Source: Stylophora pistillata (taxonomy: Eukaryota). Taken from it: DNA of 64,000 nt. Below are positions 35,901 through 47,440 of the stretch, in pieces. The notes under the pieces were generated by a model. It was given only the letters and a program-made list of their open reading frames with translations. It ran no database searches and was not told the DNA's origin. Each line of letters starts with the position of its first letter. Within the stretch, counting starts at the first letter, position 1. Made by a program: the position numbers and the translations under genes. The stretch is from NCBI RefSeq assembly GCF_002571385.2, contig NW_019218108.1:1-64000 (forward strand), given 5' to 3'.

Positions 35901-36419
35901 AACAGATAAAGGCCGATAGTTGACGAAAAGCCAATAAAATACCAGCTCTCTACTATTAGAGCAGTACTGCTTTGTTCCCAACTCATCGGTTAGAGAAACA
36001 AAACAAAACATTTCAGCTCCTAGTTTTATTTAGAGGAATGCGTTTTCCGTCAATTTTCAACTTTACTTGCGAATTTGAATCTTGAAAACTAAGGTACAGT
36101 AAAAGAAACATCGCAACAATTAGAATTTAAGCTTCAGTATATCGGCTGGTTAACATACTTCACTTATCTAAATAAAAATTAGAGATTATGGTTATACAAA
36201 CAGTACGTGAAAATGAACGATTTTTTTTTAACAGAATCAAAACAATTAACTTGTCTGCACACGATATAGCAAATGGTTCATTTAAGAGTTTAAACAGTTG
36301 CCATTGAAAGTAGACCTAAACTCTCAAAAGACTCAAATGAGATTTGAAAGAATCTTACCTTTTCCAAATGCGATATTTAAAGATATAAATGAAGCTATCA
36401 GAAATTTTTGCCAGTTCAT
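32962..36419 (-). CDS. CAP/SCP (PR-1, GAPR-1-like) protein with signal peptide, Thr/Pro-rich stalk and hydrophobic C-terminus (GPI or TM anchor)
   Basis: Exons 36419-36359, 35373-35306, 34655-34416, 33258-32962. Motifs HNEFR, AQSWA, GENL, GHFTQIVW, RYSPPGN. Confidence 0.9.
33480..33738 (-). mobile_element. tRNA-derived SINE
   Basis: Minus strand reads GGTTAGCTCAATGG (A box) ... GAGGGTTTAAGCCC (B-box-like), followed by a non-tRNA body. Confidence 0.65.
34905..35237. mobile_element. Two adjacent hairpin MITEs (~34905-35012 and ~35052-35237)
   Basis: Inverted arms AAAACTGTTCAATTAAAGGATT / AATCCTTAACTGAACAGTTTT, and GGACTATATGC..TCCAATT..GGAAATAA / TTATTTCCAAATTGGAC.GCATATAGTCC. Confidence 0.55.
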
Positions 36420-38343
36420 TGTTGACACAAGTACTTCTCTTTTCAACTGGCTAATATGATGTGATGTGGTATGTGTGTTTTGGCTAAATATCGTTTGGCT
36501 GTCGAGTTATTTGCAATTAGTGCACTCGATTTAAATTGAACAAGACACTTGAATTAGCATATTCTATAAACAGAAGTTTTGTAGCATCAGAAGTTTATTT
36601 TCGATCGGATGTTATCACGCACATAAGAGAAACAAAGAGACTGGAAAAAATCGATCGTCAAAGTGGTCCTTTGCATTACTTCGTACACAGCCATCCGCTC
36701 ACAGAAGGAAATCGGACAAGTCACCTGTCTAACTTTTCCTTCAAGGTGGGGGGTGCAGGAATGTGTGGCCGCCATGGCGAATATTAGCGGCTACGAGTGA
36801 ATAGCCACAGCAGGTGTCGAAGTCAGAATTGTGAAAAGCTTCCTACCGATTGGTTCGTAGTATTTATGATCAATAAAATAATGGCAACACTCGTGAATGG
36901 TTGAAATCAATTTAGAGCCAGATAGTAATTAGAATAATCAAAATGAGAAATAAATGCCTTTAGTTAGGGAATAATTGATTGAAAAGATTATCAAAAGAAT
37001 CTTAAAATTTGCCGTCAATTGCCCTTACATATCACAATCAGCAAGTATTTGATTTCTCCGATGAACTTTCAAAGTAAGGAAGCTTGTATGAGAGACATCA
37101 AAAATTTTCCCAAGCTCACGCAAGACCCGCTGTCCAAAATCATTCTGGATTTCAGTAGTGCAACCAGTAGAAGGTGTAAGACTTTCAGAGCATTCCTCTG
37201 TTTTCATTTTCTACAATTTTCAAGCGGGCGAAGGCTAGTGCGAGGCGAGTGTGAAGTCACATGCGGGTTGAGGAGCTCCATATTTCGCGCGCGACTCACG
37301 CACTACTCGCGCGTGACCCTCTCGTGACTCGTCCTCCCCACGCGTTCTCCTCGCGTTTCCATCTACTCTAATGAAATACGTTAATTAAAGTAATTCCGGT
37401 TCTACACCCTCGAAGCAAGAATTGTAATTGGGTTTATTATGACCTAATTATTTACCTACTATTATAAGAACATTGAATCCAAATGAAAAGGGATGGAGAA
37501 AAGCGCCAAATGGGCTATCAAATTAAAACTGCCTACGAAACAGATTTATATCGCTGCTTGCGTGTCGAGGTAAGACTCTCAGAAGGCAACTGTTGCCTAA
37601 TATTACATAAAATGTCACTTTGTTACGATGACAAGCCGCCAGATCTTTCTACTCGCTCTAAAATGCATTTGCATATATTTTTACATTTAACTGGGTCAAT
37701 AACATAATAGTCAGAGAGTAAGAGAGGAACTTTTGTGCTCCATTTACCAAGTTACATCAAGTGCACGGCTAACAAAAGGTACTTACCAACGTACAATTTA
37801 CTTGGAATGAAGAAAACCGTGACAAATGCAAGTAGCATTTTCTCAAAACTGGAGTTGGATGCAGTAAGATGGGATAAGAAAAGGCACATCCCACTAATTG
37901 AGCCGTTTGTCTGTCAACATTCGCGACGAAGCAATAAAAAGGCTCCCCTGAGAAAAAATCCAGAATCCTGATGAAGAAATCGTTGAAATGTGAAAACCAT
38001 TGCTCGCAAGGTTTATCTTCTTCCCAATCCCAGAGGAGCGAGGTTCCGAAAAATCCTGGCTAATTTGTTCTCGTGGTAAATTTAAAAATTCTGTTTACAC
38101 GTATAATAATCAAACTTTGCTTTATCTATTTTAATCACCCGAGGGAGGGGTGAGAGAGCTGAATGCTTTTGCATTGGGTGGCCTGTGTTGCGCACAACCC
38201 CACAAATCCTTGCGAGCTGAAAGAAACAAGAGAAAGAACTGGGTCGAGTATTCGAGCGGAAAATTCGAAAATCGTTTGGTTCATAAAATATCAGTTTGCT
38301 TTGGGAAAATAAACCTTTTTCTTCTAGCTCATCAAAAAGTCAA

Positions 38344-41300
38344 ATGTCCAAGAAATCTAGGGTGATAAAGACGTATGGAAGGCACAAACACCGGACCGTG
38401 AAGGCTCAAATTTGGCTTTCTCCGGAAGAAAATGTTCATTCCCCGTTTGGAGACGGTTTCCTTTCCAAAATCGAAGCAAGCTCTTCGACCAATGTTTTCA
38501 AGCCGAAGTTGTCAAAATGGTAAGAATTTTTTCAGTTATTCCTGGTTAAACAGTTTCGTTTTACCGAGATCAGATCAAAACCTTAACCGGAGCAAGTCGA
38601 TATATATCAGATTCTTTAAACTCTGATCTTCCAATTTGTTTGTGTCAGGTGGAATTTTGTAATAAAACCACTTTGCGATCTTCCCGTTTAAATATTCCCT
38701 GGAAATATGAAAAAAAAAATGGCAAGTAGTGTTTTATTAATTGTAAGCAATCTTATGGTTGAGTGTTATATTTTGTCAGGTCTAAGCCCTCAAAAAAGGA
38801 CGCAACTTTACAAGCATCATTCGAACACCAAAGCTGTGCGATTCCAATCGTTAAGAAACAAAAAAAAAGCTCATCTAATTTACTAATAATCGATGATAAA
38901 GAAAACAGCCATAATTCAAGTTTGTCAGCTGATGACCAAAAGGAGAGGAAGCTCAAGAGGAAAAGGCAAACATTGTTCAGTAATTGTACGCCGCTATCAA
39001 CACAAAGAGGTTTAAATGTTGTGGCATCAACTAATCAATCGGAAAGTGAAAAGCTGGTGGTCAAAGAACCTGACGTCGTTTTGGTGAATGATAGCTTTGA
39101 GAGTAGAGAACAAAGTACCTGCCATTTCCACGATGTCATTTGTATTGAAGATAGTGTACAAGATGTTGTTCTTCAATCTGAATGCAATCACCCTTCAAAT
39201 CTAAGTAATAATATTTCAAATGGAGGGCAAAATTGGAGAGGAAATGATAATGCATTCTGCAATTGTGCTTCAATATCAGGAGACAGGGAGAATTATGACT
39301 TAGGAAACAGAGACTGCACCCAAAGTAACAAAAGCAACAACACAGTTTTTCAAATTGACAGCTGCCACTCAACCTATGCCACTTCAACTCCAGTATTCAA
39401 TGGTGAAAGTTCTCTAGCAGTTGGAGAAATGGGCCAGTCAGATTCCCAAAACTCCTATTCAATAGATGGTAAGGTTCTTTTGGAACCAATTAGAATCACA
39501 CCAATTCAGTGGGAGAGATCATTATTATTGTTATCTTCTACTGAAAAATCCAGCGATGAAAATAGTAACCAGTAGTCAGCTGATGATCACAGAAATTCAG
39601 GGGCACTTGAAACTTCAAGCTTAACTCACAGTAACAGGACATCCAAAGAGATAAAAGAGTGTGTTGTTTCCTTGGAGAAGTTAAGGATAACACCCTTAAA
39701 AAAGAGGGGTAAATATCTCACAACAACATTATCTGGTGATGGAAGCCTTCTGTTTGTTAACAGAGGGAAGTCCCAGCTCTCATTTGCGGTGAGTGCATAT
39801 TATTTTATCAATTTTTCTGAACTACTGATTTTTGATGATGATGATAAGCTGAGCAGATAGTAAATCATCAGCTTGCGCACAATCAAATTTATTTAAGACA
39901 TGCTATATATTGGTGAAGAAGAGTATCTTCAAAGTCATCAGTTAAATTATTATACTTACCAGGGTTGTCACCTAGTGCTGGCTGCTGGCAAGATTTGCCA
40001 AATGAAAAAGGCAGATCACCAACTGGAATTTTGGCTATTGATGGCTTCAGGCGCAATGGGCATTTCCAAGGTTGCACACTCTACCTTTGAGCCGCCTCAC
40101 TTGAAATTTCAGCTGGCAACATAGTTTCTTAGTTGCACCCCTGACTTAACAATTCTTTTTTTAAAATTTCTTTTGCTTTAAAGGAAGCCTTAACTCCAGT
40201 CAAGAAAAACATCAGCAAAACAGACTTTGAATGGGAATCTGAAGTAGAAAAGGAGCTCACTAATTTTGAGAAGGTGCTAATGGAGTGTGATCAACAGAGG
40301 CCAATGAAATTTTCAGAATTCCTTGACAAGAGGTAAGCATCAGTTTACAGTCAAACCTCAGTATTAAGTGTCATTATATTAAGTGATCACCCTGTACAGT
40401 GGAACCTTGATTTAGCAAAGTGCCAAGGGACTGGGGAAATTGGTTCGTTATATCGAGGTTCTGTGGCATACATTTTACTTTAACTTTAGCCGGACTGAAA
40501 CTGAAGTATCGTTCATTATACGGAGGACTTCGTTATATAGAGGTTTGTTAAAATGAGGTTCCACTGTATTAAGCAGTCATTGCCACTAAGTCCCAAATTG
40601 TTTTCCTCTTAATCAGTGTAATTTTCACCCTTATTTACCAGTCACCTCTGTTAAGCAACACATAAAGGAGGGGTATGCTAATATAATTATTGACCATTTT
40701 CGAATATCCTAATATTCTTAACTTTTATTCTTTTACTGCATGTTGATAGCTAGGTATTTTCCTATTATTGTAATTACATTAATTAGGAATTTCTAAGTTA
40801 TTGCAATTGTTTGTAACTTCTTATTGTAATTTAGGTGAGGGCCACAGGTTTCTCAGTCCATGACTATAAAGTGCTTCCCTTGTCAAATAAATTTATTTAT
40901 TTTATTTATTTAATGTCACCCTTTACTGTCCCAAAGGCTTGTTTGTATTGTATTCCACCTGTATCAAATGGTCAATTTTATGGGTGAATAACTCAAATAA
41001 ACTTATAATCTTTCAAGTAATTTTTAATCCTTCTTTCTTTCCCAAAATCCAAGTAAGTAGTATTTTTGAGCAAGATTCTGTACATTAAGTGTTCAATTAT
41101 GGCGTTAAGTGTGTGTGTCATTCTTTATAATGTTCCTAAGCTTTGGAACCCATATTAAGCAGGGAACCTGTATCTGTCGCTTGGCCATTCCCTGTGGATG
41201 ACCATTTAATACAGGTTCAACTGTATCTTGATATCACACAAAATTGTCATACCTTATTCAAAAGGAAATATTTAGAATTCAGAAAAGAGAATGAAGAATT

Positions 41301-41624
41301 ACCATAGGTCTTAGGAGTTCAAGAGCTAAGTTACAGAACCATTAAAAGTAAGTTACACTGTTGTACTAGATAAAGCTGATACAACGTGAAATTTTCCTTC
41401 AATGCAGTCTTCTGGAGAGCTGTGTAAAAATTGGAGAGGGAGTTTATGGAGAAGTCTTCAAAGCTCAGTATGAGAATGGACAATCAATTGCACTGAAGGT
41501 AATTAATATTGAATGTATTGTTTATTTTAATGTAATTACCACCTCTGGCCAATGATAAGCTTAATATATTTCGTCTTTTGTGCAGTAGGTGTGCAGTTTA
41601 GCTTTTATTTTTGTTTTGTTTTTT

Positions 41625-41661
<37 letters not shown>

Positions 41662-42755
41662 GTGTGAGAATGTAATTGCACACATTGTGGTGATTTGGTA
41701 ATTCAAATTCTTTCTTTGGTGCCAATTCGAAAATTCATTTCAAATTGCCCAACCTGATTTATTTTCTTGACATGTAATTTATAGAGATGAACATAGAAGA
41801 TAACTAGAACAGGCAAACTGGTAAAATGTTGGTGAACTTAATTTATTTACCAATTTCTGGCATGTGACAGATTGGTAATCAGCCACTTAAGAGTGTCAGC
41901 TAGTGTGTCACTGGTGCTATGTACCTCTGGCATAGGTAGATACCAGGTCACTATCACATACCAAAAATATGAACTTTCTTTACACCTTCCAACTGTAAAT
42001 GCAGCCATTTCTCTTAATGAGACCATTGTGTTTTCTGGTTCTAAGTTCAGTCTGGCTATGGAAGTTTTAACTGTATGGTTTCATGACTGAGTCTGAAATT
42101 CAATATCTCATTCACAGATCATCCCAGTTGAAGGTAATTTTCAAGTGAATGGTGAGCCCCAGAAGTCATTTGAAGAAATTTTGCCAGAGATTGTTATTTC
42201 CAAGTAAGGTTCAAAACTTCTATTTTGAATTGAATTCATAAACACCAATGATTTGAACTCATACGATACAAAAACCCTTATGACCGATTCGATAATATTA
42301 TTATTGGTGACACTGTCAACATTTATTTTAATAGGGAGCTGAGTTTACTTGGAGATTCCCATACAAATGTAAGGATTAAAAAGAGATTTCTATCTGATAA
42401 TTTGTTTGTGACATTCTGTCAGTCAAATAAATTCAGTAGCCTAAAAAGTTGTCAGTTCATTAATTTATAGCTTCAGAACAGGCATAATTTTGGCAGGTGA
42501 GTGCTGANATTCTTACAAGCGGGACTGTTATGTAAGTGCTAATGTTCCTTTCCTTGTGCTTTTAAATAGTTTTTTTGTGAGTTGGTTTGAGTTTTTAGCT
42601 AGCTATGCATCTTGCCTTTATATCGGAATGTTTGGAATGTTGGTTTGTCTATTCGCATTTAGCTTAGCTTCTTCCTTATAAATTCATATTTCAGTTTACG
42701 ATAAGTACTTGGATACCACGACTACGTTAAATAAAACGATTCAAGGCTTGTCCGT

Positions 42756-42798
<43 letters not shown>

Positions 42799-45700
42799 GT
42801 TTATTGTCTAACGTGAGGCATGGTTGCCCAATTGCCCGAGCCAGAGGCTCATGTATAAAACGGTAGACTATAAATTAACTATAATTAAAGGTATATTATT
42901 AGAAGTACTTAAAACTTTATAGGTAAAAATATATAAGTTTAGAGTACGAGTGATAATTGTAAAATTGTAGGTGATTAATATTGATAGTTAAAAGAGTCTA
43001 AACATTATGTTCGGTGAAAGATATTGCAGTAGATGAATATGAATAAGAATGACAATGTATGTGTACGTACAATAAAAGTCAACTACATGTATTACATTTA
43101 CAGATTGGTCCTAGAGTGCTAAAATCGAAATTCTTAAGTTTACTACAAAAATCGCTAAGCGAAGATGCTGTTTTAATTTCTCTAGGTAAACTGTTCCAAA
43201 GGTGACTAGCTTTATATGTAAAGGAATTATGATACGATCTATTATTATACCCTGGTTGCACTAGATTTACACCTTTATTCCTTAAACTATATCTAGATTC
43301 CCGCAATTTAAAAAAGTTTTTAATATATTCTGGACCGTTCCATTTAATTCATACATTTAAAAAGTAAAACCAAGGAAATATAATTTCCTTGGTTTTAGGC
43401 TGGGGAGAGAAAGAAATTTGTATTAAGGGGGTGAATTACAGTCAAAAGGATGGTGAGGGGGAGGGTGGGGTAATAGAGTGCCTTTCCACACACACCCCCA
43501 CTCCCCTCCTGCGGTGCACTCTAACTCTAAACCAAACATGTTTGGTCGATCACAAGTTTGTAACGTTAACTCACTTCAATAAGATGCCTGCACCTCTGGC
43601 TGGCTAATCAATTTATTGCCATTTTGTTTTCATGTATATAGGACAATGTGTCTTCAACATTCATCACCGTCCGCAGGTTGGTACCACACTTTACTACTTG
43701 GCCGCACCATTGTTGACTCTTTTTCTTGCCTGGGTAGTTAGTGCTTTTTTGGGATCTTTGAAACATTGATTCTTCATTTTCATTGAAGACCTAAACAGCT
43801 GCTGACTAGAAAGGGTAATTTTTTTGCTCTAATTCTAAACAAAAACAAAGCCTTACACTAAATGTAGTGTCTAAATTTAGACACTAACATCCAATTTTAG
43901 ATATTAGGGTTCGATTGTGGACACTAATGTCTGATTTTGGACAATCGTTATGGTGGCCAATTTACCACTTCAACTTTGTTGATATATCCAAGTTATTTGG
44001 ACACTAGGGTTTGCTTTTGGACACCTGTGTCTGATTTTGGACACTAGCATCCAATTTTGAATATGAGAGTGTGATTATGCACACTAGTGTCTGATTTTGA
44101 ACATTTCTGTCTGATTTTGTTTGCTACTGTCTGATTTTGTTTGCTACTGTCTGATTTTGTTTGCTACTGTCTGATTTTAGACACCAGTGTCTACTTTTGG
44201 ACATTAGTGTCTTATTCTAGACTCCAGTTTCTGATTTGGAGGCTAGTGTCATATTTTGAATATTAGTGTCTTGAATTTGGGCACAAGTGTCTGCTTAGTC
44301 ACTAATGTCTAAAATAAGAGACTAGGGTTTTTTTTTTAAGAACGAAAATGGTGTTAAACGTTTGAAATAATTAAAGCCTTAAATAAGCTCAAAATTAAGT
44401 TTTCTTCACATGGGTAAATAACCAGACAAAATGAAGGGCCAATAATTGGCAAGACTGTCATTGTCCAGCCATTATTTTGTACCTGAAAACTGTTGAATTG
44501 GACTCTTCACTTTGCACATTTCTAAATGCTAAATTTTATTTCTTTCTCTTTGAATTTTATTTGTTGTTAAGTGTAACGTGCATCCAAGATGAATATCCCA
44601 GCCATCTGATATCTGAATGGGACAGATGGAATGACAAACACACCTCAGAAAACGACAGGCCAGGTAAGAGCTACTAAATAACCTGCATTGACATCTGCTT
44701 CCATGTTTTGCGCATATACTTGTCCGGGCTTGCTCTGTAAAGTAGAAGTTAACCGTTGGACCCCTGAAAGTGACAAACAGTACGGTCATGTGAATAAAAG
44801 AGATGATCACCAACTAAAGAAGCTCTTGATTGTTGATCAAATTCTCCTTGACAGCACCTTTGAGTGCGTGAGGTAAACAGTACGGAGAATATGCAAGCTG
44901 ATGTTAGGGTTAATGGAGATTAATTTTTAATTGCTCAAGTCTCCCTTGCAGTTTGTAGGTTACTTTTGTTTACTTGCTTGTTGCGTTTACTTGTTCCTTG
45001 CGTTTAGATACAAATTTCGCCTTTTCTCTCATCCCCAATAACACTCTGCATATTTGGGTATTCACGTATCCCTTAAAATTAGAGATATAAAGCGACTGTT
45101 ACTTTGTTTGCTTTGAGGTATTTCCTCATTCTTTAACCATCCACCTGTTATGTGCCGTTTTGCTTTTGTTGATAGATATCTTCCCGAGTGATCAGTTCTT
45201 TGTTGTGTTCGAGTTTTCAAATGGCGGTAAAGATTTGGAGAGCTTTGAATTCAACACCCTGTCAGAGGCGTGGAGCGTACTGCATCAGACGGCCCTTGGA
45301 CTAGCGGTGGCTGAGATAGCGCTGGAATTTGAGCACCGAGATCTGCACTGGGGAAATGTTTTGATTTGTAGGACTGCGGACGAGTTTGTAGAGAGCACTT
45401 TGCAAGGAGAGAAAAAACTGGTACCGAGTCATGGTGTCCGAGTCAGTCTGATCGACTTTACTCTCTCACGGCTGAAAAAAGGTACCCAAATCTAAGTTTT
45501 CATGGTTTTTTCCTTAATTAGCTCTGTGATTGATCGAGGGAACTTGGGCCAACCCCTCAACCAATCAGATGCAAAATTCAAAAAACGGCGACTTGGTCGT
45601 GCACGTTTTCCCCCTCTCGTTGGCTTGCTTTTACTTTTAGTTTACATTGGCTCTTTTTTTTTCAGAAAAATCTGAAAAGAAACTTCCACTGAGTTCTGTG

Positions 45701-46302
45701 CGAACGAGGCCTTGTCAAAAAAATGTCACGCCGTCGTATTATCATGTCATGATAAGTTAAACAAGGAATTTGTTTCTTGTTCTTTGTTTTCTTTGATGAT
45801 CTTCTTTCTTTTTTTCAGATTGATTTTTTTTTTTATTATTCACTTTTGCTGCAGATGGCGTGACGGTGTTTTGTAACATGGCAGAGGATGAATCTCTGTT
45901 CACCGGTAGAGGAGACTATCAATTTGACGTGTATCGACTCATGAAGAAAGCAAACAAGTACGTACTTTTTTAACTGCGCGAGTACCAATAAGAAAATTTT
46001 GGTATAACAAATAATAATATAATAATAATAATATAATAATAATATAATAATAATAATAATATAATTTTGGTATTTCACAACGTAAGTTTTATTTTCCTTA
46101 CTTCCTGTTTCATAGGAACGACTGGGAACCGTTTGAGCCTCACACAAACGTGCTTTGGCTTCACTACCTCGCCGACAAAATGTTAAAGAAGAAGAAATAC
46201 CATGGAAAAGATAAAGAAATGGAGACACAGCTAAAGATGTTCTTGAGAAAAGCAAGAAAATGCTCTTCTGCTACAGACATTGTTCATGAGCTTTTCGCTT
46301 AA
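38344..46302 (+). CDS. HASPIN: Serine/threonine kinase haspin, ~11 exons, with one in-frame TAG at 39573-39575
   Basis: N-terminal KTYGR..W.SP. Kinase motifs KIGEGVYGEVF, ALKIIPVEG..VNGEPQK.FEEILPEIVIS, SENDRP, FEHRDLHWGNVL, IDFTLSR, GDYQFDVYR, W..F.P.TNVLWLHYL. Exons approx. 38344-38519, 38780-39788, 40184-40332, 41408-41498, 42118-42203, 42335-42368, 43642-43676, 44572-44662, 45176-45481, 45855-45957, 46116-46302. Confidence 0.93.
40348..41223. mobile_element. Tc1/mariner(pogo)-type MITE containing a nested second MITE (40397-40566)
   Basis: Outer element TA|CAGTCAAACC...GGTTCAACTG|TA; inner element TA|CAGTGGAACC...GGTTCCACTG|TA. Confidence 0.75.
42755..43340 (-). mobile_element. 5'-truncated L2/CR1-type LINE 3' end in a haspin intron
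   Basis: RT C-terminal remnant RYSLR...SF.YKASHLWNSLP.EIK, then AATAAA and a (TGAT)n tail at 42756-42796. Confidence 0.8.
43850..44325. repeat. Degenerate ~20-21-bp minisatellite (consensus close to TTTTGGACACTAGTGTCTGA)
   Basis: Many imperfect copies are visible, including three identical TGTCTGATTTTGTTTGCTAC units. Confidence 0.85.
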
Positions 46303-47440
46303 AATGAAAAATCAAATTCCATATAAATATATATACACATTTTTTTATACTTTATTTTTTTACAAACCTGGCTTAGGAAATAGTTTCTGTGAAACTTTAA
46401 AGAAGGGTTGAATGTTTACTTGTCATGAGTAACATATAAAGTATACTAGGACAAGTAAAGTCGAATTCAATTTGTAAATAGGTGATGTTTGGAATTTTTA
46501 GAATATATATCATAGCGCTTAAATTGTTGATAATCGGTAAAACGACGATGCCTTTTATGTACGCTCTGTCTCCCGCCAACAAATTGCATCGTGAGCAATT
46601 CGGAAATAGGATATAAAGAAAAAAATACTAATTTACCACTTTTATCGACAATATCGTATTGTACAAACCGGGTTTCCTTTATAAATAGTAGCCAACATTA
46701 TTAAAATTGCAATTTATTCAGAGAGATCGTAATTTTTTCTCCATTTTGAGTTGTAATTCCAACTGCAAAGCAGAAATACTGAGAAGCGAAAAGCATGAGA
46801 AAAGGAAATAAAAACTTAATTTTCCATTGGTAATCGGGCCTAGAACAGACGAACCTGTCTGAAATAATACAGAATAGACCTGAACGACCAATCCCGTCCC
46901 TGTCTCAAACAGACGGAGCTGTCTGATAATAGACAACCTTCCGAAAATAAACGGAAGCAAGCGAGGTTCGATGAATTCAAAACTGAAGGAAATTTTCAAA
47001 AATAAGCAGGCCACGCTACTTCGTTTTTAAGGCACTTCTGCAAACGCCCGCGGGTGACAGTTCATTGGTTCTCTGTAGTCCTATGATTTCCCAATTATGT
47101 GAATATTAGCCCCAGATCGACTGCTGCACTATATTTGTATTACACCAAACACCTTATCAATTTGCTGTCAGACCGCTGTTTTTATCTTATCGCTGGCAAT
47201 CTCTCACCTGTTCGATTCCACGAAGACTGGCACTAGTTTGTTGCCAAGTACAGTTCAGAATCACAAACAATATGGCGTCTGATAGGAAGGAACTGCGTAT
47301 CTGTGAATCTCTTTCTTTTACAAGCTAAAAACAGGCGTATTTAAGCAGTTCATCCTAGCTTTTAGTAAGGAAGAAGGAGGAGGACACATTTTAGACGTAG
47401 ATTATCACAATTGTACCAGGTGTTCCCACTGATTTTAAAA

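Noticed and set aside
37965-37995. CTGATGA...GAAA hammerhead-like string
   Set aside because: There is no convincing stem II, stem I or NUH cleavage triplet.
43850-44325. Regularly spaced repeats resembling a CRISPR array
   Set aside because: They are head-to-tail degenerate units without unique spacers, in a eukaryotic intron, with no cas genes.
47238-47256. Possible RFX X-box upstream of CFAP99 (GTTGCCAAG)
   Set aside because: Only a half-site matches, which is too weak to call.
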